A stretch of DNA of 63,550 nucleotides, the filler included, from Welwitschia mirabilis (Eukaryota): NCBI GenBank assembly GCA_051453625.1. It is 5 parts of one record of this genome, joined end to end, with 100 filler letters (N's around TTAATTAATTAA, not from the genome) between each part and the next. Parts side by side here need not be neighbours in the genome. Positions count along the whole stretch, not along the records: positions 34,277 to 49,724 come from JBOZIK010000001.1; positions 49,825 to 55,448 come from JBOZIK010000001.1; 3 more parts are not named here. One strand, 5' to 3'. How positions within the stretch are numbered: the first letter of the stretch is position 1; each line of letters begins with the position of its first letter. The translations under genes were made by a program, and so were the position numbers. Positions 42,140-55,164 of this stretch are shown here, one piece after another. The notes below the pieces were generated by a model. It worked only from the letters and a program-made list of their open reading frames with translations. It was not told the origin of the DNA and did no database searches.

Positions 42140-42769
42140 TGCAGAGTAAGAGCTTGTATTCATGAGAGGAAGAGAGAAAATGCAAGAGAGCTAGAGTCCT
42201 GAGGAGGAGGGAAGGAAGAATGGTTCGAAATGAGGTTAAAACAAGGGTTAAACCTTTTAAAAAGAGGCGGATAGAGCATGGGCATCCTACACCGCCTTAA
42301 AGGTTAGACGTCCGAGTGCAAAAGTCAAACGTCTAAGCTATAACTCTGAAAAGAAAAAAAATTGGACGTCCAAGGAGAGACGAGGGACAACAAAGCAAGA
42401 ACTCAGATGAATGGTTGACTGAGAAACGTAGACATCTGGGGTGGAGGGGCGAGGGGTGGTTTCCAAGAGTTAGCTTAAGAAAATTTTTAAGCAAAAAGCT
42501 TAGACTTCCAAGAAGAGAGGTGGGACATTTGAGAGTTAACTCGGATTTGATGAACAGGAAGTCAAGACGTCCAAGAAAAAGGATGGGACGTCCGAGCAGT
42601 AATTCAGATTTACAATACTAACAAAGAACACTTAAAAACAGAGACAAGAATATAAACTGTTTACAAAAACGAAAAATAAAAAATAAAAAACAGAAAATAT
42701 CAACCTATGCTACAAGATTCATTTACAATGAAATATGAAGTCATACCTCATGGGGGTTTATCCCAATGC

Positions 42770-45700
42770 CCAAATTTCATCTTAGGTCTTTGAATCTTTG
42801 CTTGTTGAGAACCTTTGTCATGATATCTACAACTTCGTTGTTAGTAGATATATAATCCAAGGCAACAATATGATTTTGAACTTGATCTCATATAAAGTAT
42901 TGTGTTATATTTATGTGTTTTATACAAGAGTGTTGAATGGGATTTTTCGTTATATTAATGGCACTTGTATTATCACAAAACATCCTAATGATTTCGTTCT
43001 TCACATGAAAATCTACCATCATCTGTTTCATCCACAATAATTGTGCACAACAGGCACTTGCTGCAATATACTCAGCATTGGCAGTGGATAGAGAGGTTGT
43101 ACTTTGTTTCTTATTCAACAAAGAAACCAAATAATTTCCTAGATAGAAGCAAGCTCCACTTGGGCTCTTGTTGTCATCTATACAACTAGCCCAATCTGCA
43201 TCACAGTAACCCACTAAATCAAGAGAAGTGTCATAAGGGTATAACAAGCCATGATTTTGAGTGTATTTAATGTAGCAAAAAATTCTCTTGACACATATCA
43301 AGTGTGATTCTCTAGGGTCTAGTTGATATCTAGCACACACCCCTACACTACAAGCTATATCATACCTACTTGCCATCATATACACTAGGCTCCCGATCAT
43401 TCCTCTATAGAGCTTTTGATCAATCTTTTTACCTACTACATCTTTTGATACTGACATTTGTGGAGGAAGGAATCCTAATATCTTTAGCGTCCATCATACC
43501 ATATTTTTTCAACATGTCTCTAGCATATTTTGATTGACTTATGAAAATTTCAGATTTAGTTTCTTTGATCTAAAGACCTAAAAAGAAGTTTAGTTCTCCT
43601 TACAAAATTCATTTCAAATTCTCTCTACATCACCTCTGAAAAGTGATCAGCAAGAGACGGTTTTGTAGTTACAAATACAATATCATCTACATAAATCTGA
43701 GCTATCAAAATATCCTTGCTATCATGTTTTATGAATAGAGTTGGATCTGCATTACCTTTAGCAAAACCTTTGGAAATGAGAAAGAACTTAGCTTGTCAAA
43801 CCAAGGCCTTGGAGCTTGTTTGAACCAATAAAGAGCTTTGTCAAGCTTGTAAACATGGCTGGAAAATTTTAGATCTATGAAGCCATGTGGTTGGGCTACA
43901 TAAACTTTTTCATTAATATATCCATTTAGGAAAGTACTCTTGACATCCATTTGAAATAACTTAATCCTGTGAAAAACATGCAAAAGCTAATAACATACGA
44001 ATTGCTTCTAACCTTGCAATAGGAGCAAACATTTTACCATAGTCAATTCCTTCCTATTGGCAATACCCTTTGCCTACTAATCATGCTTTGTTTTGCACAA
44101 TATTATGATGTTCATCTCTCTTGTTTTTGTAAACTCACTTTGTTTGTTTGATGGGGCAGGAACTAGGTTCGAAACTTTGTTCCTCTCAAACTGGTTCAGT
44201 TCTTTTTGCATTGCCATCATCCAAGCCTTGTCATGTTCAGCTTCTTGAAAGGTCTTAGGCTCTAATTCAGAAACAAAGCAAAAAAAAAACTATGTCTTAT
44301 ATGCTTCCCACTTCTAGTGGTTGTTCCTTGAGTTGGATTACTAACAACATTTGTTTCAAGATGATCTCTTCTTGTTTTGAGAGGAAGAGATGAGCATCTA
44401 TTTATACTTCTTTCCTCACAAGTTGATGAGGAAGGTTGATCCTCCATTCTAACTTCCACTTCAGGGGGTTCACAATGACTTCATCCTCTTCATCTCTTCT
44501 ATGATGTTCAGTAATAGTATGACTGCTTTCTTCTACCCTTATATGGACTGACTCTTCTCCTCTATTGTAAGCATTGTTGAACACTTTGTATGCCTTATTA
44601 GAGGAAGAGTAGCCCAAAAAAAATCCCTTCATCTTCCTTGGATTCAAATTTTCCTACAGAATGTTTATCTTTAAGAATAAAGCATTTACTCCCAACAACT
44701 TTAAAGTAACTAACTATAGACTTTTTACCTTTCCATAGTTCATCGGTAGTTCTCTTAGTACCAAGTCAGAGAAAAACCTTGTTGCAAACATAACAGGCAG
44801 TGTTAATTGCTTTGGCCCAAAGATGTTGAGGAAGAGATTGTTCATTCAACATAGTTCTAGCCATCTCAATTAAGACTCGGTTCTTACGTTTTGCAACTCC
44901 ATTCTNNNNNNNNNNCAAAAGGTTTCAAGCGTTTAAATTCCCCTCCTCTATCAGAATGAATTGCTTTAACACTATAATCTTTCTCATTTTGAACTTTTTT
45001 GACAATTTTTAGGAACATATCATAAGCTTCATCTTTGCTAAACAGAAATGCTATCCAAGTAAATCTAGAAAAATCATCAACCACCACCAAAAAAAATATC
45101 TTTCCTCCTATGCTTCTAGTATAAGATGGGCGTACTAAGTCCATATGAAGGAGGTATAAGGGTCTTGAAGATGTAGTGTTTTTCATGCTTTTGAAACTTG
45201 AACGAATAAGCTTTCCCTTAATGCAAGAGTCGCATACCTTAGCTTGAGACATGTCTAGCTTGGGCACACCTCTTACTATTTCTTTTGATGAGATCTCCTT
45301 TAAATCCTTTAGGTTCATGTGTCCCAATNNNNNNNNNNNNNNNNNNNNNNNNNNNNNNNNNNNNNNNNNNNNNNNNNNNNNNNNNNNNNNNNNNNNNNNN
45401 NNNNNNNNNNNNNNNNNNNNNNNNNNNNCTATTTCTTTTGATGAGATATCCTTTAAATCCTTTAGGTTCATGTGTCCCAATCTTCTATGCCATAGGTTTA
45501 CTTCATTTGAATGGGTTATATAACATCCTTCTCTCGTTTTATCATTGTAGTCAATAACATACATGCATTTTGATCTTCCACTTGTAAGGACTATGTCATT
45601 GGTTACTAAATTTCTAACAATACACTTATCTTGAAAGAATGATACAGTGTTACCTTTGTCAAAACTTTGGGAAATGCTAAGAAGATTATGTTTAGCCCAT

Positions 45701-47708
45701 TTACAAGGTAAACATCATAAATCACAGGGTGGTGGTCGTTTACAGCTAATGGACCCTTTCCAATTATGTAAACTTTACCATTATCCCCAAAGGTGACTTC
45801 ACATCCATCATATTCTGAAAAGAACCTAACTTACTTTCATTTCCAGTCGTGTGACATAAGCAACCACTATCAAGGTACCACTTGGTTTTATCTTGAACCG
45901 TAAGCGCGGCGTGAGCAAAGAAGGTGGTTATTGAATTTTTGCTAACCCATCTCATTGGGTTTTTCTTTTCATTAGACTAAACACTCATACAAGACTTGTT
46001 TTCAAAGCGAAAATTGTAATTATATCGAAATATAAAGATTTTCTGTAAGGGCAAAAAAAATAACACATGCCATATCTATTACAAAAAATAACATCTTAGA
46101 CTAGATTTTCCTTCAGACTAAAATTTTATGCTAGGATGAATGTTCATAAGTAGCAGACATACTTGATGAATTTCCAACTTCAGATTTGTCAAAGGGATAT
46201 CTTCCACTACCCAAGAGCTTGCTAAGGTTTTCTCTTCCTTGCACTAAATGTTCAACAATCCTTTTGGTATCTTGCAAATCTTTGGACAGCTCCTCTATTT
46301 CAGTATTAGCTTCAAGCAATTTACATTCTAATTCATTGGATTATATAAATTTTCATATGCATTTACTAGCTCATTATAACCTAAATCAAAATCAAAACAT
46401 TCTTTGAAATCATTTTCTGAACATACCTGATCAATTTGCTGATCTTCTTCAAACACTACTATCCCAAAATTTGATTCACATTCATCATCCTCAATGATAG
46501 ATAGAAGTCCAAAGTTGAGTACCTCTTCTTCATCATTGAATTGTCCTCTTCACAGTCTGAATCATCCCATGTTGCTTTTAAGACCTTCTTCTCTTTTCCT
46601 TTTGAGAATCTTTCTGTTCTCTTGTTGGCACATTTTAAAGCTACATACCCAAAACCTTTACATTCAAAACATTGAATTGAATTAGAGAGTTGTTTACCTT
46701 TTTCATTCCCATGTTTTAAAGTCTTCCTTCTCTCCTTCTCCTTAGAAACTTTTTGAAGTTTTGGGTGAGCAATGCAAGATCCTCATCTTTAGCTTCCTCA
46801 GATGATGAGTCATCTTTGACTTCTTCACTGGCCTTGAGTGCTATGCTCCTTTTCTTTGGGGCTTCATCTTCAGGTGAGAGTGTGGCTTCATAAGCCATAA
46901 GAGATCCTTTCAATTTTTCTACTTCGATCTTGTCGATGTCTTTGCTTTCTTNNNNNNNNNNNNNNNNNNNNNNNNNNNNNNNNNNNNNNNNNNNNNNNNN
47001 NNNNNNNNNNNNNNNNNNNNNNNNNNNNNNNNNNNNNNNNNNNNNNNNNNNATCTTCAGGTGAGAGTGTGGCTTCATAAGCCATAAGAGATCCTTACAAT
47101 TTTTCTACTTCGATCTTGTCGATGTCTTTGCTTTCTTCAATTGTGGTTACCTTAGGTCTAAACTTCCTTGTTAGACTTCTAAGGATCTTTTGCGCTCTAC
47201 GATTCTCAAGTATCTTCCAGCCAAAACCCCACATGTTGTTTGCAATGTTGCTGATCTTTGTTTTGTACTCGGCAACGGTTTTGGTATCTTCCATCTTTAT
47301 GTTCTCAAACTTGGTAATCAACAACTATAACTTTGTGTTCTTGACTACACCAATCCTTTCATGCGTTATTTTCAGAGTCTCCCACATTTCCTAAGTTTTA
47401 GTGCATTGGACAACGCGGTCGTATTCTTCCCAAGCAAAGGCACATATTATCGCATTCATGGCCTGAGCATTTAATCGAGCCTGTTTCTTGTCATATGCGT
47501 CCCAGTTGGTTCAAGGCTTTAAAGAAGTGGCTCCATTTGTGCCTACCACGGTGGGAGGTTCATATTTGTTTACGATCATCTCCCATATGTCCACATCTAG
47601 ACAACTAAGGGAAATTGTCATCTTCGATTTCCAATCTGCATAATGGTTTCCAGAGAAGAGCAAGGGTCTGGAAATGTATTGCCCTTCAGTGAAGCTTGTT
47701 GATGTCAT
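42770..47708 (-). pseudogene. Disrupted gag-pol of the Sirevirus
   Basis: Gag RPLLFSGNHYADWK and KILRSLTRKFRPKVTTIEESKD. PR WYLDSGC. IN LWHRRLGH, LLHMDL, VVVDDFSRFTW and [31 protein letters not shown] and CDNTSAI. Stops and frameshifts throughout. Confidence 0.93.
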
Positions 47709-48038
47709 TCTTGCAAACCTAAAACAATCACCCAAAAGAAACTAAACCTAAGAGCAACCAAGCTCCGATACCAATTGTTAGGATCGAAAATGCTCTAGAG
47801 GGGGGGAATGAATAGAGTATTTAAAATATTCACAAGTAAATTTAAGTTTTTTCTAAAGTAAAACAAACTCAGCAACAGGAAATCAAAAAATAAATGACAT
47901 CAGGATTTTATAGTGGTTAGGCAACTGGCCTACTCCACTCTCAGGAGGCAGCGACTATTATTAGTCTCCGGGTTCTATTATCAACTTTCAATCTTTATAG
48001 CTCCTCCTTTTTCTTTTTCACTCAAGAAAAGGCAGGAT

Positions 48039-48481
48039 CAATGATTACAATGTCGCGACATGTCGCCAAAAAAGGGCGACTTTCAAATTGAAAATGTCTT
48101 TAAGTCGGCCCACATTTTCAGCCGACATTTTGAAAAAGTCGGCGACATTTCCGACATTTCCGACTTTTTGCTGACATTTTGCCGACTTNNNNNNNNNNNN
48201 NNNNNNNNNNNNNNNNNNNNNNNNNNNNNNNNNNNNNNNNNNNNNNNNNNNNNNNNNNNNNNNNNNNNNNNNNNNNNNNNNNNNNNNNNNNNNNNNNNNN
48301 NNNNNNNNNNNNNNNNNNNNNNNNNNNNNNNGCATTGATTGATTACACATCTTATTAAATTAATAAGCTTTGCATTTTTTTGAGAAAAACAATTGCCGAC
48401 ATTTTGCGCAGACATATTGCCGAAACAATGGCAACATGTCTCCCCGACATCACTTTTTGAGCCTACTGACATTTTAAATTG
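48039..48481. mobile_element. TGTCGGC-family hAT-like MITE inside the Sirevirus 5' LTR
   Basis: CCGACATT repeats on both sides of a gap. Homologous to 33903-34030. No TSD match found. Confidence 0.7.
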
Positions 48482-49649
48482 TTCTCATTTTACTCATTGG
48501 GCAAGATAGTACAAAAGCTGAACCCAGTGAGCAAACTAATCAGAAGTATAGTAGAGAGAGTCTGATGGGTATGTACCTTAACAATGCACGCTACATCAGC
48601 AGTGAGGAGTACAGAAAGAAATGATAGCACAGTTCAGCACATAGGATTTTTCAAATAAAATGATTCACAAATTTACAATCGATAACCTAATACAGTATAC
48701 GATTCTTCTATTTATCCTCTCTCTTAGACCTAGCTATTATAATCAGTCTAGAAAAGCACGTTACATAGGAAAGGGTGACGCAGACCAAACAGGTAGACGT
48801 TTGTATATTTGAATATGCGTTGCATAGGCCAACGGATATGCAATTTCTGCTTCTACGTTCTTCTGGTCGGACGTCCCATGCATTTAACCAAACATCCCAC
48901 TTTTAAAGTAGGAACCCGAACGTCCTAGATTGAGGTGTCGGACATTCCAACCTAATCTGGAACTGAAAAACTGCTTGCAAGGCCGGACATCCCATTTAAT
49001 GGATCGAATGTCCCATCTTCAATTCGGCTGCACAAAACAAGGTTGAACTCAGACGTCCCAGACCAAGATGTCAAACATCCCACTTTGGATTCGGTCTTGC
49101 GCTTATGTTGGTGATCAACCCCAAACGTCCCAATAGGAAGGGTCGAACATCCCAGAATAGATTGACTTTTGTTCTCAAGATCGTTCTTCACTCAGATTGG
49201 TGTTCATCACTGAAACTATGCATCTTTTGATATCGTTGCAATAGCTTCTATCGCCTAAAGATAAAATAATAGCTAAATCTGGTGTTAAGGGTTGTTGACA
49301 AGTGATACCTCTTCTTGTTGCACTTCCTTCATGACATGATAGCAGGCACTAACTTCTTCATTCGATTTCACTGTGGGTTATCAAACTTTGAACTAAATTC
49401 TATTGAACTCCTATCGCGTAGAGATAAATCTCCATCACATTTAATTCACACCATGACATATCTACACATTATTGACCATAGATATGTCTTATTGTCATCC
49501 TATCACCACCCAACGTGCCATTTTTCTTGTTTTCTACTTTTTATCGCCAAGTGATAATTCGCTGAACTAATTTTGTTGTAAGATTCTCGTGTATTGATTA
49601 CTAACTATCGTGTGTAGACCGTCGCACGACAATTCTACATAGCTCACAA

Positions 49650-49899
49650 TGTAGAGATAATAAGTTTCAATGATGAATGAAGAAACTGGTTTCAACACTT
49701 TGTTACCTGCAGAAATTCAGAAGTNNNNNNNNNNNNNNNNNNNNNNNNNNNNNNNNNNNNNNNNNNNNTTAATTAATTAANNNNNNNNNNNNNNNNNNNN
49801 NNNNNNNNNNNNNNNNNNNNNNNNGTTTCTGTGATAAGTTAAAGTAAAGAGAAATTACCCTATTCACCCCCCCTCTAGGGTGCTTATTTGATCCTAACA
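49650..49899 (+). mobile_element. Sirevirus-like LTR insertion spanning an assembly gap
   Basis: TGTAGAG...GTTTCAATGATG before the gap and CCTATTCACCCCCCCTCTAG...ATCCTAACA after it, with a perfect 5-bp TSD CACAA. Confidence 0.85.
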
Positions 49900-50094
49900 C
49901 ACAAACCATTGGACATTATCACAAGACTACCATCGTGTGATAATATTGTCGATAAACAAAAGAATTAAGATTCATTTGGTGATGTCAAAAAAAACAAAAG
50001 AAGATCCATTGACCTTGAAAATTCATTCTTGCATTATAGCATGTTTCAAAACTTAATGATGTGCAATGTTTTACTTTTTGAAAGATATTATACC

Positions 50095-50721
50095 CATACT
50101 TAGCAGGATCGGATCAGAATCGTGATTCAGACAATTCGGATCAACTATAATCATGATCCAAAATGATCTGTTCCATATTGCATTCGAGAGCAATCTGAAA
50201 CTCGGTAGATCCCCTACCTATTTTCATTGAATTTTTTATTAAAAAATGTGAAATTGCTTCATTCTGTCACACATTTCTCATTATAGTGGTTCATATTTTC
50301 CACTAAAATAGTAAAAGAACACAACAAAAGCAATTTTCTTTGAAGATTTGATCATTTCAAATCATATTCGAAAACGACTTCCTTTGAACTGTTTATGAAA
50401 TCTTAGAACTGTAGTTTTTTACTTACTTACGTGGTAATAGCTAGTGAAAGATTAGTGTTTGTTTTTATGTAATACAATGTTCAATTACCCAAATACACTC
50501 TTTTAAAATAATCAAAGACATTGAAATTATATTGTGTCTTTAACCTATTAGGATCATAGCTACATGAACGTTTTTTAAAAAAATCTAAAATTTGTGTATT
50601 TTCCTTTTTTTTTTTACTCGCAATCTAGAGTGATCCGTAATCCGCTTTTGGGCGATTCAACGGTTTGGGATCTCCAAAAAGAAAAAATACTATGTGATCC
50701 ACTTCAATCCATACAAGTATG
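50095..50721. mobile_element. hAT-type MITE (CATACTT TIR, GATC-rich subterminal repeats)
   Basis: Ends CATACTT...AAGTATG. 8-bp TSD ATTATACC/ATTATAAC. Confidence 0.85.
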
Positions 50722-50796
50722 ATTATAACCTTTACAGTTCAAAACTCATGATACAACATATGTTATTCTAGTATTTTGTTTTGTCATCAGTGGGAT

Positions 50797-51212
50797 TGTT
50801 AGAATGACCTAAAGTATTTAATTGTCTCCTTTGGTCATTTGTGTATTAACATTGGTTGTTTGGATGTGCATCCCACATCTTTTATTACATTTTTGTATAG
50901 GGTTATTAAAATTAATTAAAAGGGCTCGATGTTGGGTTATCCTATTAGGGTTTTAACCCTAACAATTGTTATAAAATGGGATTTATGTCTAGTTTCGAGA
51001 CATGGGTGTAAGATTCTTTCACTCACCTTGAGTGTTAATGCCCAATTATTGAAAGGACTTGCATCCTTCATATTCCCATTAATAACAAAGCTTTGCACTC
51101 TTCCATGGAAGTAGGTGAAAAGACCCAATCCATGTAACATCGTGTGTATTTTCATTGCGAGCTTTGGTTTATATTCACTATTTTCTCTATTTTTTGCTGC
51201 AATTTTTCAACA
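50797..51212 (+). mobile_element. Short copia-type LTR (416 bp)
   Basis: Runs TGTTAG...TCAACA with ATCCCACAT, TATAAAA and CCATGGAAGTAGG motifs. PPT-like GTGGGAT upstream. Confidence 0.65.
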
Positions 51213-51258
51213 AGATAGATGTTGCCAATGCTTTAACAAAGTCACTGACAGTTGAAAC

Positions 51259-52048
51259 CATACATTTCTAGATCAGATCGAAGTTGTGATCCAAATGATT
51301 CCTAATCATGATTCCAACTAAAACACTCTAGATTAGTCCTGGATTACAATTCCTTACGAATCATGAATTGTGATCTAGAGATTGTGAGTTGTGAGCCTCA
51401 GCTATCTACTATGCATTGCGTTCAAGAGAAAATTGAAACTCTTTGGATCACTTATCTTTTTTAAGTGTATTTTTGATAATCATGAATCGTGAGCTAGAGA
51501 GTGTGAATTGTGATCCTGAGCTATCTGTTATGCATTGCATTCAAGAGCGAACTGAAAATCTCTAGATCACTTATTTAAGTGTATTTTTGATAAGAAAGGT
51601 GAACCACTTCATTCCGTCACACATTTCTAAATTCAAGAGTTCCCATTTTCCATTAAATCGAATTCAAAGGTTTCTAATTAATTTTGGAATGCTTCTAAAA
51701 CAACAAATGTTTTCTTTGGAAAACACCAAATTTTAGAATTAGAGGTTTTTGCTACTAAGGTGTTAACTCTTAATAAAGGCTCAATATTTTAAGTAATACA
51801 ATGCTCAATTGCCCATATGCTCTCTTTCAAAGTAATCATCATTGAAATTATATTGTCAATGCAACTCATCGTCAATACAATTGCAAGAATATCAGAAGAA
51901 ATAGTAAAAATTATTTATTTTTATTATTTATAGCCTAAAGCAATCCATGATCTGCTCCAAAGCGATGCGATAACCAAGAATTTCTTTTTAAAAAAACAAA
52001 AAACAAAAAAAAATAGTACAACGATCCTCTCCAATCCATGCAAGTATG
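51259..52048. mobile_element. Second copy of the CATACTT hAT-type MITE family
   Basis: Ends CATAC...CAAGTATG. TSD GTTGAAAC/TTTGAAGC (6/8). Internal homology to 50095-50721, plus an internal duplication of about 120 bp. Confidence 0.78.
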
Positions 52049-53344
52049 TTTGAAGCACGTCTTTTGTAGAGGAAAGCTTGAAATAGCTATAACATTAGCA
52101 ATGAACATATGAAATAGTGCACCTCGTTACTCTTGGAGGCTAGTCAGTTTTGTTGTGAAAGTGGAGATCATCACAGTGAAGATAATTCTTCCTTTATATA
52201 TTCAATTCCTTTCTATGTTTTGATGTTATTCACTTTTGTAAGGTTAAAAAAGTAAAAAAAAAGGAAAGAAGAAGAGGAGGTTTTCTTTATGATATTGTAA
52301 TTTGATGTTAATGTCAATTAAATGTAAAGGTCCTAACCCTAACGAACAACTATGTTAAGGAGGGGAGCGGTAAAGGAAAGGCATCCAATTGAAGGAAGGT
52401 GCATTGAGGGTTTTAATATTGAAGTCATCATTGTGTTGTAACAACTTGCTAAGCTATCAAGGATAGCTCATGTCCTTAAATTCTTGATACATAAAAGAGC
52501 TTTAAATTGTTTTGTGCATAAAAGGTAGAAAGAGTCTACATCACATAAACCTTGTAAACATTTGGCATTATTTCTTTTACTATTTAAAATCATCAAAACT
52601 TTTGAATGGTAACGGTTTGCTTTAAGGCATTCTCCTCCAACAGTTTAGAGGCTTCTTGAAGATCTGGGTTACAACACCTTAGATGTAGGACACCTTAGAG
52701 TGAACTATAAGGATTTGCCCCAAGGAACTTTCCTCCAACAATGTTGATGAATCTTGAAAGGCCTTAGTGAACCTTACAGGTTTGGCTTATGGCATTCGAG
52801 CTGAGCCCTTATAGGCAAACGACTTGTATGTTAGGTGAATTTTCACCTCAATGCTAGAGGACTTCTGAACACTTAATAAAGGATTAATGCAAAGTCATTC
52901 CTCTAAAGACTAGGGAAACTTCAATCGAAGCAAGCCCTTTTTAAGAGCTAAGTTAAACATTACTACACGCCTTCCTCTTCAATACTTTAAGGCTCCCTAA
53001 AACCTTGTGTTTTAGTTGAACTCGCCTCCAATCCTTTGTGGAGACTTATAGTAAGCATTTACTCTCTCTGCCCTTAAGAACAAAGATTAACCAGAAAATC
53101 TTGATTTCCAATCACATCAATGATCTTCCGCATAACAACATTCGCAACTTAATTTGATTGACATTACTGACAACATTCAAAGGGTTATGGATTATGCTTT
53201 ATGTATCCCACATTATTGTATAATTTTCTCTTGTTTCTTTATGAAACCAGAAAGCTCAAAAACAATTGTATTTATTCATTGTGCATCAGTGTTGCCACAC
53301 TCTCTGCAAGTTTGTCCAAACCCTCCACATCCTAGGTCTAGTCA

Positions 53345-54187
53345 CCATGACGATTCTATGTGCAAGAACTCGCGTAGACAAGTCTGGGAATTATGACTTA
53401 TCAGACTTTCCATAATTACCAAGTTTTGTGAGTCCAATAAGTCCAATGACTTTGTGACTCCTAGAATCATCTACATTTTTTCCTAAAAAATGTGCCCAAA
53501 ATAGAAAAATAGTGGAAAAGAAAGGCCTAGCTACAATTAAAAAAGCATAAGGTTTTAAATGACATTGAAATAAATCGTGGTGGGCCCTAGAGATTTGACT
53601 TAAAGGTGCTTTCAACTTCATTTTTTTGTTGCATCAAACATCAAACACAGTAGCTATAGTGACACAATGAAGGATTGAGAGGCTTTCAACTTCATTTATC
53701 CCCTAATGTTTCTGCTTTGGTATTGTCATATTGCCTATTGGGTAGTATCACATGCGATTCCATATTTTTGTGTATTTTGGATGTTGGAGAGCTTGAGTAG
53801 TGAAGAAAACAAACTATTGTTTACTTGATTTAATGTCTCCTAAATGTATTGCATTTTTCTATATTCTAGGTGGTTGCATAACATTGTATATCTTTAGAAT
53901 TTGCAAATGCTTTCCAAAAATGATCACAAATAGTGAAGATATCTTATAATCACATGTTTGATACAGATTTGTTTTCTCTCAATGTAGTGTATTTGAAAAG
54001 TTGCTTAGTATTTAAAAATGCTTTGTGCCCTATTCGAATGAATGACAACAAAGATGTAAGAAAACCCAAACTCTTCTGGCCTTCCCAAATTTCAACTGAG
54101 TTTCCCTTAGTTTGCCAAATTTCGATAATGAAGCCAAGTCTAGGAAGTCGAACAAGTTTTTGTGTCGAGTACCAGCTTCACAACCAC
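53345..54187. mobile_element. Decayed non-autonomous hAT-like element
   Basis: 53965-54187 aligns with 22038-22278. GACT/GAGT repeats at 53365-53460 suggest the left end, which is uncertain. Confidence 0.55.
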
Positions 54188-54773
54188 ATCATACATGATG
54201 TTATTTTTTTCTCAATTCATAATAAATATTTTCTAATCCATGAAGGATTCACCATTTCATCACTTTGAAGATTCTTGTCCATTTGTCATTTAAAACAAAA
54301 ACACGTATTTTACTTAAAAACTTTAGACACTAAAAACATTAGCTACAAAAACCTTTTAGAACATTCAACATATATATCTATTATTGATCAACAAATAACT
54401 TGTTCAATTTTAATACTAAGGACTCACAGTATTATGTCCAATTGTATCACCAATGAGTCCAGCGAATATCACACAATAGCAGTTTACTGATAGTTATAAG
54501 ATTGCTCTCTATTACAATTTATCAACTTTCTATAGTAATTGAAAAATATAAAGGCAACCAATTTCGTTCTACTTGTTTTCAAAGCATTATCTTAAAACTA
54601 AAAAACATTGAACATAACTATGAACTTACTTCAAGATAAAACAGTTAAGTAATCATTTTGCATTGGCATCAACAATATAGAAGAAGAACTTGTAAGATTA
54701 TAATTTGCAGCAACACATAATTGTGATGTTGATGCTTAAGAAAATCCATCACTAATAAAGAAATAGTTCATAC

Positions 54774-54836
54774 CTGTTCGGATGAAGAGAAAAGATGCAT
54801 ACCAGCCAAATATGGTAGTATAGACTAACTGCAATC
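54774..54836 (-). CDS. RCE1: Internal coding exon (63 bp, phase 1-1) of CAAX prenyl protease 2 (RCE1/FACE2)
   Basis: Minus strand reads ggtcag|GATTGCAG...CGAACAG|gtatga. It translates to (G)[20 protein letters not shown](G), which resembles the plant FACE2/RCE1 segment [22 protein letters not shown] (recalled, not searched). Confidence 0.92.
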
Positions 54837-55164
54837 CTGACCATTAGACAACGCAACATAAGAAGTTTTAATAGTTCTCAAGCTATCTTTACATCAATCC
54901 CAAGAAATAGATTTTTTTAGTGTAGTTATTGTTTCAAAACATGTTTCTTGATAACAAGGATGAACGTTCTTGATTGTTAAGAATATGTTATCTATTGCAA
55001 AATGCTATCAACAAGAATTCCCATGCAAGTAACTATAACAATGAAAATGCATAAACATTACTGGAAATTAGTACATATCAAACCAAATGCAGCTAAGACA
55101 AATCAAGCTTGAGATCATAGTCTTATGAATGGATCATGACCTTAGGTGGCAATCAGTGTCCTAT

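Larger units (their letters stand above)
40140..49243 (-). mobile_element. Near full-length, decayed Sirevirus (copia with extra ORF): 5' LTR 47776-49243, PBS 47762-47773, gag-pol, extra ORF, PPT, truncated 3' LTR about 40140-40581
   Basis: PBS TGGTATCGGAGC. PPT AAAAGTGGGAG-AT-TG. 40142-40581 aligns with 48800-49243. Copia domain order. GGACGTCC motifs in the LTR and in the spacer between pol and the extra ORF. Confidence 0.92.
28610..54773 (-). other. RCE1: GT-AG intron of RCE1, nominally 26,164 bp, TE-filled
   Basis: GT at 54773-54772 and AG at 28611-28610 lie between two consecutive in-phase exons. It contains several N gaps, so the true length is uncertain. Confidence 0.85.

Noticed and set aside
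52320-53140. Coding-like composition, possibly a retroelement gag relic
   Set aside because: No diagnostic motif or boundary recognised, so it is left unannotated.
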